Source of the DNA: Ginglymostoma cirratum
Lineage: Eukaryota
DNA: 64,000 nucleotides
Direction: 5' to 3'
NCBI GenBank assembly: GCA_024137785.1
Contig: JAHRHZ010000058.1
Location: 10,340,255 to 10,404,254, forward strand
The position numbers were made by a program, and so were the translations under genes. This document shows, one piece after another, positions 38,601-50,600 of this stretch. A model generated the notes under the pieces. It made no database searches. It was not told the origin of the DNA and was given only the letters and a program-made list of their open reading frames with translations. Every line of letters begins with the position of its first letter. Within the stretch, counting starts at the first letter, position 1.

Positions 38601-41600
38601 ATTTCACCTTAGTACCACAAGATAAAACCACAGAATTATACACAATAGAACAGAGACCGTTACTTCTCTGCTCGAACAATCCAAAAGTAATCCAGCTATC
38701 CTGCTGTCACTGCATATTTCTATCATCAAAATTGACCAACTTGTTTTTAAAAACATGTAATAATCTCTGTACCAAATAAATTCATTCTTCAGCAGGCATA
38801 CAAGTTCTTAGAATCTCACTATTTCAACTTGATGGCTCTTAAATCACTGATTCATTAACCAGTGAAAATAGACTTTCTTCATATCTCAGCAATGGTGGAA
38901 ACAGTGCAAATATCTAAAGTTTCCTATTCACGAGACTAATCAAGTAAAATGCGCATCACACAATTGCCAGATAAGGACTGTTTCCAGTAAGGAAAGCCAA
39001 TCACGTCTTTTTGATATTGAACAGCATTACAGAGCTGCCTAGTAACATCTGGGGAGCACAGCGCAAGGAATCAGAACCTGAACCAGAGACAACAAGGTGT
39101 GGAGCTGGATGAACACAGCAGGCCAAGCAGCAAAGCTTGATGTTTCGGGCCTAGACCCTTCATCAGAAATTTCATGTTCATCCAGCTCCACACCTTGTTA
39201 TCTTGGATTCTCCAGCATCTGCAGTACCTATTATCTCAGAATCTGAACCAGACCTGCCACATAAAAAAACTAATCAGAAAAGGAGTATTCTGTAGCCCAT
39301 AAAACAACTCCCAACATCCCAAAATCTAACAAGCCCCTTTTAGGTGGTGGATAAAGATGTACATGAATGTCCTCCACTTGCCAGCTGCTCTGACAACATT
39401 CAGAGATCGACACAATCTCAGAAAGAGTTGATACCCCACTTACCAGCTTAAACATTCACCCTCTCTATCACAGCAGATTTGCAGCAGTACATGTCATTTA
39501 CAAGACTGTATTATAGCAAGTTGCCAAGTCTTCTTTGATGTCACTTCACAAACCTGCAACTTCCCTGACCTAAAAAGAAGGCACATGGGGACACAACTAT
39601 TTGCAACCTCCCCTCCAAGTTCCACATTATCCACACAGGCAGCCAGATCTGACTGGCCTTTTACCTTCTGGCGAGTAAGATTTTCTTGGGCAGCAGTATG
39701 GCTTGGATGCCCTGGGTTAGTGGGAATCTTCCCAGTTGGTCAAAGCTCCAGTATTGACAAGTTCAGCATGACAACCCTTGTACACTGCACAGTAGCCCGT
39801 TTATGAAACCAATGGGGAATTGGAGATCTGCTTTGGAGGAGCAGGTCTTTGCTTTGGCCTAAGAAAGCACCAGCTGTCTGGGCCAATGCTTGCTAAGGAT
39901 AAGCTGGTGCAGGTTCTGAGCCCTGTCAGTTCTGCCCCTGTTCCCTTGGGCTCATTTGGTCCTAGTTTAGGGCCCAAGGGCATCAGGCTATAACTAATTT
40001 TGGTCTGAGTTTCTATTAGGACAGCTTGCAGCTTGGTATTAGTGGGTAGTGTTCCTTTTTAAATTAATTTTACATCAAGTAAAAGAACAAATGTTTTGTA
40101 GAATTCCAGATGAATGGGGGTAAATACATATTTCTAATAAAATGTGCACCTTCTAGAAATAGTAATTAACACGGGGGTGCAAACGTCAACGTAATCTTCA
40201 AAATACTGACCAGAATCATTGAGGTTTGTGGGGATGACATCAATAGAGCTTTCATCAGAATCACTGGTTGATGTATCAATTGCCACTGTACCACGATGTG
40301 CACATTCTACCGTCTGTAGGGTTCGCGAACAGATTTCATCTGCAGCAACAAGGCCAGGATGATAATGATGGACAAGGTAACATAAAACCCTGCCATCAGA
40401 AAAGGCTACTGTGAAGTTCTCAATCTGAAATAAGTAGTAGAATAATAACTCGATCAGTACAGTTTAATTGTTACTTCATATCTTTATTATGGCTTTCTTC
40501 AGAAACTACTTATAAATATTAGTTTCTCAACTAATGAACTGACCACACTTCAGAATAGTCTCTTAAAGACTCCAAATCTTTGAGAATTAGTGTCAGCATT
40601 AATCTCTCGTTTTTTAACTTAATAGAATCATACAAGGGTGCAACATTGGAGCAGACCATTTAGCCCATCAATCACATCAGCTTCTGAGCCATTCTCATAA
40701 TAGTGCCCACTGTCTTTTGAATTACTCTTCCTTCCAAGCTAATGACTGTAGCAATTTCAAAGCTATTGAGAGTCTGTACCCACACCTATCAAACAGTGAA
40801 CTCCAATACAAACCAGTCATTGTGTAAGCAAGTTTTTCATCAAGTTATGTTTTTTTTCTTAATCAATTACCTTAGATCTGTATCCTCAGATTACTAACTC
40901 ATATCCTGGGAAACATTTCCTCTTTATTGGCTCTATGCAAATCCTTCACGATTTAAAACACAGCTATCAAATCTCCTCTTTGCATTCCCTATTCCACAGA
41001 GCATTACAATGGGCAGCACGGTGACTCAGCAATTAGCACTGCTGTCTCACAGCATCAGGGACCTGGGTTTGATTCCAGCCTTGGGCAAGACTGTCTGTGT
41101 GGACTTTGCACGTTCTCCCCGCGTCGGTGTGAGTTTCCTTCAATGGTCCAAAGATGTGCCAATTAGGTGGATTGGCCATGCTAAGTTGCCCATAGTCTTC
41201 AAGGATGTATATTGTTAGGTAGGTTAGCCATGGGGAGTGCAGGGTTACAGGGATATGGCAGGGGAATCAGTCTGGATGGGATACTCTTCGGAGGGTCAGT
41301 GTGGACTCGATGGGTCAAATAGCCTGCATCCACACTCTTAGGATTCTATGATTCAGTGCACAAGCTGAGTTTCTCCAGTCTCCCAACTTAACTTCCAATA
41401 ATAATCCATTTTGCATGATGTCAGTAAAATTAACTTAGATAATTACAGGAGACAGAGTCGTTTGGTAGTTAAACACTTCAGTTTAATTAATGCTCTCTTT
41501 AAATTTAATATTGCAAAGAAATCTTCACTGTCATTAGGTACTTGTTTAACTTGATTGCAGCGGCAGTATCTTGAAGCATAATTTTTTCATCTTAGTTGAT

Positions 41601-44600
41601 GAGATTTCCGTCTAATACTAATTCAGCATCTTTTTTTCCACCAAAATCTACATTTAACCTCCCCAAACAATTTTCACACACGATCAGTACTCATCCTGAA
41701 TCTCATCGCATCAGTTAGTCCTCTTATGAGAGTCACAACAGTGAGCTTCAGTGGGCTATTCAATATTGGGGTAAGCATTAGAAACGACCTTAATCTTGCT
41801 CTTCTACAATACCATTGATGCAAGCATATGCCATGGGTCACAAAATGATCATGTGTGGTAACATCATTATTTCTAGCTATGTTTGGTGACACCAACACAA
41901 ATTATAATTACCAACAAATATGTAATCCAATTGGCTCATTATATCTTCTATAAGTCTATCCTTCTCTTCAATCATTTGGGAGCTAAATAAGATACATCGA
42001 GGCATGATGGCAGTGTTGAAAGAGGAACAGTCCTTGAATGAGAACTATTAACAAATTTTGAGACCAGAAATAAATTATTGGGCAGTTGACAGTTTAATGG
42101 AAATAGAACTGCTAAGAATGCTTTGGAACTGTCTCAAAACATCTTTGAAGAGGTCAAACATTCCTGCTGACTCATGGGAGTCCCTATTTTGTGACTGGGC
42201 AAATTAGAGAAGGTTTATCTGGGAAGGCAACCAATACACTGAGAGATTACATTGGGAAGAAGTAAAAGCAAAGTCAAGGTATTGACAGGTCTACAGTAAT
42301 GTCCAAACAATTCATCTAGCAGATGCTCAAAGCACCAATTTCCTTGCACTGGCAGAGTGCACTAATCACATTTCCAGTTGCTTATTAATACAGAACTTGA
42401 ATATTGCTGACCAGGGGAAGATGTGTGGCCAGTCAATATACACATCAGGATTTGTATAACTTCACATGCTACAAGATTTCCCTTATCAACAATCTTGTAA
42501 GTAAAATCCTATCCATTCGTTCATCTTGTAAGTTTAACACAGAAATAGAACTAAAAGTTACCCTGTAGGCAATTACTACCCTGATCAGATCACAGTTCAG
42601 AACCATGCCTTGCTGGTTAATTGGATATTTTAGAACTGTATAAGCAAATATTAAAACTCTCTTCTCTGAATCTATTTGAGAGATTTCCTGGATTTGAGTG
42701 GCAGAGGAATGTTTGAGGACTCTGGGACTATACTCATTGAAGTTTAGAAGGATGAGGGGGGATCTAATTGAAACTTACAGAATACTGAATGGCCTGGACA
42801 GAGTGGATGCTGGGAAGATGCTTCCATTGGTAGGAGAGACTAGGACCCGAGAGAATGGCCTTAGAGTAAAGGGACCTTTTAGAATGGAGATAAGAAGAAA
42901 CTTCTTCAGCCAGAGAGTGGTGAATCTATGGAATTCACTGCCACAGAAGGCTGTGGAGGCCAGGTCATTGAGTACATTTAAAACGGAGACAGATAGGTTC
43001 TTGATTATCAAGGGGATCAAGGGTTACGGGGAGAAAGCGGGAGAACGGGGTTGAGGAACTTATCAGCCATGATTGAGTGGCAGAGCAGACTCGATGGGTC
43101 GAATGGCCTAATTTCTTCTCCTATGTCTTATGGTCTTATGGCTAATCATACTTGGAAAAGTATAGCCTGTTTAAAAATGGTTGGCTCTCCCCTTACGCTT
43201 CAAAAGACCACCGTTCCAAGTTACAGCTACTGCAGCAAGCTATTATAGCTTATACAAAAATATAAACTGATCAGTGACTAATATTTATGGAAACATGAAA
43301 TTTATGGAGGAATACCTGAACCCAAACAACTGCTTAATTGTAATTCTATCTGGAGTTACCATTTACCCATGATAAAAGTTTGAAATTTTATCATGGAGAG
43401 GGCCAGAAAGTAAACACTTAAAACCATAAATAAATTGATTTAAATAAAATCGATTTGTATTACAGATGAGACTAGTCCCAAGAATTTCAACATCATCCTA
43501 AAATTAGCAGTTTCCTTTGTTCATGGTTGCCAATGGCTCACAAATTTGGAGCACAAATAAAGCCTTAGGTCTGGGAGAGAAACAAGATTACATTTGGCTA
43601 AGGACATGATTGCAGTGGTGGAAATGTCTGCCAGTCACTTGCTAGTCTTGTGCGATGAAAACAGCCACAATGTAATGAAGGGTGGCACTTATACACAGCT
43701 ATATTCAAAAGACACACATAAAATCATAATTTTTGCAGATAAAATAAATGGATCAACCTACTTTGACACCATAATATCTACAAACAGCATTAATCCAATT
43801 CATTAGCAACTTGATTCTTGGGCTGTATTTTTCAGGTATATCTTTGAGGTTTTGATCTTTTAATGAGTGGGACTGTGCAGGCACAGAACGCAAGGCTGCC
43901 AGTTTGTGGCATGTGTGCAAAGTTTTTTGTAAGAATTCAATTTCTTCTTGTAACTGTTCTTCATTCAGCAAAATCTCCACCTAAGAGGAAAAAAATACCA
44001 CAATCAAAATAATTAATTTCCAGAGCACATATTATTGTTGAAAATACACAGCGTTGGTAGGCAAATTTACCCATGCAACCTCATATGTAACCTGTGGAAA
44101 ATCAAGGATAGGAGCAAAATAAATTTAAAATTTGTTGCTGTGTACCTATTGTATGAAACAATGGTTCCTCCCAAGTCCAAACAGAACTGAACAATTGCAG
44201 GCACAGTTGTCCCATTGAAAGAGTGGGAAAATGATGCAGAGATTTTTTTTCAAAAAAAGTGTGCAAAAGCGGGACAGCTGCACCTCCAAAAGCAGATGAC
44301 GTTGCTCCCATGCTCTCTGTTGCAACTCCTCAAATTACAGGTTTCCTCCTTTCCTTTCTTGTACTTCTCCTGAGACATAATCCAAGACTGATAAGGATGG
44401 GAGGGGAGTAACCTGTAATTGGAGTTGTTGTCATTATTTCATTCATTGGTCTCAGTGCCACCACATGGAAGACTTTTGTCTGCACCACTCCTAATTTATT
44501 GAGAGAGGTCAGAGGAAAAGAAACGAAAACAAAAACAGAGGGAGCTGGGAGCCAGAAAACCAGTAACCAGGCCAGAAATAGGACCCCAGGTGAAGGCTGT

Positions 44601-47600
44601 ACTTGGAACATGTTCATGATCCATTTCAGTCACTTCTTGGCCAAAGAGGATGGAGTAGGTAGACAGAAATCCAGTAATGAAGCTGGGATCAGGTCTCAGG
44701 GGAAACATCACTTAACCTCGCCTTTGGTGCCTTTGTTAAATGGGACTGGGATTTTTGTCTGAGTGTTCACATTTTTACTGTGAGTTTGAATGAATGGCAA
44801 GATTTTTTTTGAAATGAGGTGAGGAGTAGAAATAACTTGCAGAACCACCAAGTTAACAGGAGGCGTCCAATTCTGCTGTTCATTCACGAGGCATCTGGAG
44901 GGAGTCTGGATCTCCAAACATAGGTTAAAGTTTGCTTATGCTTCCTAAAGTTAATCTCACAAACAAAAATGTTGATAATATGGATATTACAGCGTTTTTT
45001 CAAAAACAAGAAAAAAAGTTGACATCAACACGTTAATATCCAAATTATAACTAAATGACTGCTTGAAGCCACGTTGTGTTGGAGTTCCTTTTGTGTTTGA
45101 TTTCATTGTGTTTGATTTCCAGCTCCACTTGAACAAAAAACATTTGTCCTTTATCTTTAATATGGATATAAAGACCCACAATTAATGTTCCTTTGATCCA
45201 TTCAATCTAGTGTACACATGATCACCGAGGCAGTGCTTGTAAAGCATATGCAAATTAAACAAATCATTATCTGATGGCTAGATTGATGCTGCAGCATTAA
45301 TCCGTACATACTCTTTGCTGCACAGCTCAAGGATCTGGTGGCACAGCGGTAGTGTCCCTACCTCTAAGCCAGGAAGCCCCAGTTTAAGTTCCACCTGCTC
45401 CAAAGGTGTGTAGTAACATCTCCAAACAGATTGATTGAAAAATCCTGTTGAACAGTGCACCCTTACACGTCAATACCATTTTCCATTAGATGGCCACCTG
45501 GTTTTTTACAAGGCTGCCACAAGCTAAAATTCAAAGAGCTGAGTACCTTTCTCTGTGTTTGAGACAGTAATATCCCAAGTGATGGGGAAAGCAAATAAAT
45601 GGATGAAGTCACAAACATTCCTAAATATATATTGTGTAGAATTTCAATACTAACTGAGCAACTCTTCAATTTTAATTTCAAACTATTTGCACCATCTTTG
45701 AAGAATGACAGCTATATTTTTAAGAAACACATACCTGAAATGCAAAGATGATTCCCCATAACAACGATAAGGTTTTTTCTCTATGTCCATCAACAATATC
45801 TCTCGAATCTATTACGTTGCCTAACAAACAAAAAGTGAAAAAAAAAACCTCAAAAGTAATCATGAATAAAAAGTTTTGTATTCTCAAATCAAATTACAGA
45901 ATTTCACTTTTACCGTGTTCGTCTCTCAGGTCAACTCCTCGAGTTTTAAGGGCATTTAATGCAACATCCACATTATGCAGTTTTTGAAGACGGCTAATCG
46001 CTGGGACTCTTAGCTGCTTTGACAGTTTCCAGTTTCGTGTGAGAAGCTCCACTGCTCGTCTGTAAAAGCGATTGTCCAAATCAAAAAAAAAATTGTACTG
46101 AAAATATCAAACTGGAATTAAATATCGTTAGCAATTCTCAAGACTGAGAAGCTCGACCAAGATTGAGAAATGCTCAATGTCTTATCTCAAGACAAGTTTA
46201 CTAAATGGATTTGCTTATTTAGAGCACTCATTAAGTCAAAGGAAAATTAATCATTTCAAAAAATACTTGTTCCTCAAAATCCCATGGGCAGATTAGAAGG
46301 CCCAGCTAGGTAAAATGCAAAGTAATATGTCCATATGATTTCCTTCACTTTCTTCTTTAAATATCCAGTGATTAAACAGCAAAATCAGATAACATTTACT
46401 CTGAAAACCAAGCACTTACTCCATTGTATTTCAAACTAATCAACGTAAATTTGATCAAACATTTGTTGAACTCCACTTGAAGATCTATGATCATACATTC
46501 TGTAGCAATTACACATCAAAACAGTCATTGGTGAATCCCAAGGAGTTTATCATTTTTTATCTCAAGGCTACAGTCTACAGTCAAATGGCACAGCACATTG
46601 CACAATTTCAGACATTCTTGTTCCACAATGCATGGGCTTGATTGGCACCACATCCACAAATACTCAGTCACTCCATCACCAATGCTCAGTAGCAGCAAAG
46701 TATACTGTCTACAAATCTACTGTCGAAATTTGCCAAAGATCTTTTGACCTCACGTTCCTAACACATGACCAATTCCATTGAGGGAAAACAAAGGCAGCAC
46801 ATTAACGGCAACAAGGGACAGTCAAGCACTGGCCCAACCAGCAATGCACACATTCCATGAGTGAATAAAAAAAAGTTTGATCTCTGAAATGCTGCTGATT
46901 TTGGGACAGTTCCAGTGGATTGGAAGGTAGTAAAAGTAGCACAGAGTATAGGCCAGATTTTCTGATGCCAGCTGTCAGGAAAATGTTGGAATCATAAAGA
47001 ATCTGTTAGCAGATAATTTAGTAAATTGTAAAACTATGTTGACTGCACCAAGTCATATTACAAAAGGAAAACCAAATTTAGCCAATCTACTAGAGATTTA
47101 TTTGAATAAATAACTAATAGTATCGATGAGTCAGGGATATTGCCACATGTTTCAAATTTCTAACAACATCAGATGAGATGCCATAAGAAAATTGCCCAAG
47201 ATAATGACTCGTGGGACTATGAGTAATATATTAGTACATTTAGAGAAATGGCCAATGGACAGGAAACAAACACAGTCATGATAAATAGATCAATTTCAAT
47301 TAACAAGCTATCATTTGTTGGATGCTACGAAAATCAGTGATTGTGCCTCTAATAGTCACAATCTGTATTACCATACTTGGCACTTTCATCTGAGTTGATA
47401 TTTGCTATAAATGGTTTTTCTTCTGTAACATGGGCTTGGTACTCAGTATGGTTTTATTGTTATCTAAATTAGCTGCTAGCACCTTATGATTCCAACATTT
47501 TCCTGATGGCTGACATTGGACAAACTGGCGTGCTGTTCTGTATACTCCCTTTCTTCTTTTCTGAACAGCAGTGCCATCTTCCAACCCACAGGAGATTCTA

Positions 47601-50600
47601 ATTTTTTGCAGATTTTGGAACCGATCAAACCAACGCCTTGAAGAACGACCAGACACTGGGAAACTGTGCAGTATGCTCTGCCACTAAAGTGTATTTGGCT
47701 CTACACTGTAGACATAAGATAAAAATGATTAGAAATTCAACTGTTTGCAAATAAAGCTGAGGTTAAGTGAGCAAATGGTGGCAGAAGGTATATAATGCAG
47801 AAATATAGCAGTTATTAACCTTTTGAATTTGCTTAAGTAACAAAATGTTGAAATTCAAAACAATTTGGTTGACATTTTGTCAGGAACAAAGCTAATATGG
47901 AGGTACAGCAAATAATGAGGTACAAGCAAGGATGAAATAGCATGTTGATTTTCAATACAAGGGGCTGGAACACAAAATTAAGAAAGTACAGCTGGAACAT
48001 TGGATTTAGGTGAGATGACACTTGGGATGTTGTACACGGGTCTGGCCTCTGACTCCAAGGAAGGTTACAGGTTTCTTAAACAGGCTCTCAATAAGGTTCC
48101 TGGATTGACTCCTGAGTTCAGGAGGTTGTCTTTTAAGGTCAGATGGAGTAGTCTGAGCCAGTATTCTCTACAGTTAAATGAATAAGTAATCTCACTGAAA
48201 CATGCAAAGTTCTGAGAGCACTTGACAGGGAAGTTGTCAACGGGTTGTGTCCCTGGCTGGAATGTCTAAAACTAAGGGATATACAGTGCTAGGATCAGAG
48301 GTTTGTCACTTGCGACTGAGATTAATAGAAATTTCTTCACTCAGATGTTTGCAAATCTTAGGATCTCTTGTCCAATGAGGGAAGATGGGGAAGAAAGGTG
48401 TACGAGGAATTAAAAAGTAATTTGTTTCAAACTTATCAAAAACTTTCAAAATTGGTTCAAAAATCAAAAATATACAAGATAGAAACATATTGAGCAATAT
48501 TAGACAGAGGAGAAAAGTACTGGAGGAACATCAAAATGTCAAGTAACACTGAGACAAACAAAATATTTAAACCTTTGTCGGGTCAGTAATGCTATTTATA
48601 TAAATTAGTCTTACCACAAAGTTTATAACTTCTTAACACTTTAGGATACACATCAGATTTCAGAGAAAAGTCAGAAACACCATCATTCCATTGGATCACT
48701 AAAATATACTTACACCAAACGAATACCACATCGAAGATCGACAGCTATATTGGTGACAGCAAAATTAAATTCATGGAGAGGTGTCTGAAAATGGCTAACA
48801 GTCAACCCAAAGTAACCAAGATGACGAGAAATATCTCCTTCACCACTGAGAAAGTCTCTAGAGAAGGCAAGTAACAGATCTTTGCTTGTCTAAATAAGAA
48901 AGACAAGTTAAAATTAGAATGTTCAAAGTTTACTGGTAAATAAAATCATACTGTAATGCACATGGTCTATAATTTTTTGTACAGAATACACTACTTTGGA
49001 CCCAATACATTTTTCACAGAACTAAAAAATGTTTTTCAATAAAAGAAAGTACTAAAATCATATTGGGTTCCACAATCAGTTAGGAAATGACAAATACACA
49101 GTCATCCTCAAGACGATAGTCTTATTACGTCAAGTCAGGTGTGCCCCAAGTACATATCCTCAATTCCCCTCCAATGACTGTGTTACACATTACTACTCAA
49201 TGACAACATCTAAAAAACTGTGTGCCAGTGTTCACTTGAAAGCTGACAATGCCCAGTTTCTACCTGGACCTTGCACAACCTATCCACAATCTCTAAAGTG
49301 TCAGACTGTTTATCACATATCAGTGGTGCATGTGGATGAATAGAAATTTTCTTTAATTGAATATTGGGAATACAGAAGCCACTAGTGTCTGGTTGCTGCA
49401 ACAGAATCCAATCCCTAGTCAATGACACCTCTCTTGGCAACTGTCACAGGTTGATATAGAGTTCGCAAATTTGGCTTCATATTTCACCAAGATGAGCTTC
49501 CAACCTCATTTCTGTGCCACTAATAAAATTAATTGTTTCCAATTTTGTAATATCGCATCTGTGTCACCTCAGCTGCTACCGAAAGCCTCATTCATTCCAA
49601 TCTAACTGGATTGGACCAGTTACAGCAGTTGCAGAACAATGTTCTGTGGGGAAATGAACAACTAGTTGTTGTCCACCTTGATACCAGCAACTCAGGTATG
49701 ATGGATGATGAGATCCTGAGAGCTAGAATGTAAATTAGAAAGTAGGACATCAAAATCTAATTGCTGGATTATACCCAGTTCCATGTGTAAGAGTGCAGAC
49801 AAATAATAGAAGAGAATGGAACTATTGAACTTAACAGAATCATCGAATTTTACAGTACAGAAGTCAGTCATGCGACACCTGATTTATACCATACCCAACA
49901 TTTACTACAACTGTTCTACTACCACCAATGTTTTCTGCCCTTTACTGTTTCTTAACTCCACTTGAATTGATTTTACATCTGATACTTCAATCCAAGATCC
50001 ATTCTTATTAATGTATTGATCAATTCCTTATTAAAGTGCTATCCTACCTCATTTTTTCCCCTTTCTAAATGAGGAATCTCCTTAGATACTCAGTTCCCCA
50101 ATTTGGTCACCCTGTCTGTAATGACAATTACACTATACCCATTTACCTCAATTTGTTTCTTTGAAATATCAACCTTTTTGCTGATGCTACATGTATTCAA
50201 GTAAGTTGTATTTAATCAGAGATAGCAGGAACTGCAGATGCTGGAGAATCCGAGATAACAAGGTGCACAGCTGGATGAACACAGCAGGCCAAGCAGCATC
50301 AGAGGAGCAGGAAGGCTGATGTTTCGGGCAGAGACCCTTCTTCAGAAAATTCATGCTGTGTTCATCCAGCTCGGCACCTTGTTGTCTAAGTTGTATTTAA
50401 TAGTGGCTTTTTAACATTATCCTTTTTGAACCTATGTGATGTTTGTATTAGCTCCCATTTGTATTTAATTTTGTTTACTGCTTTTCTGCTTTCTATTTTG
50501 TTTCTTTCCCATTGGAGTTCCCTCATAGGTTTCCTTGTCCTGCCAATCGAGTTTAAATACCACCCAACAGCAATAGCCAATCTGATCCAAAAAAACATTA

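Noticed and set aside
41011-41085. tRNA-like sequences (also near 45335, 55875 and 10040)
   Set aside because: SINE heads with A/B boxes but no complete cloverleaf, continuing into SINE bodies.
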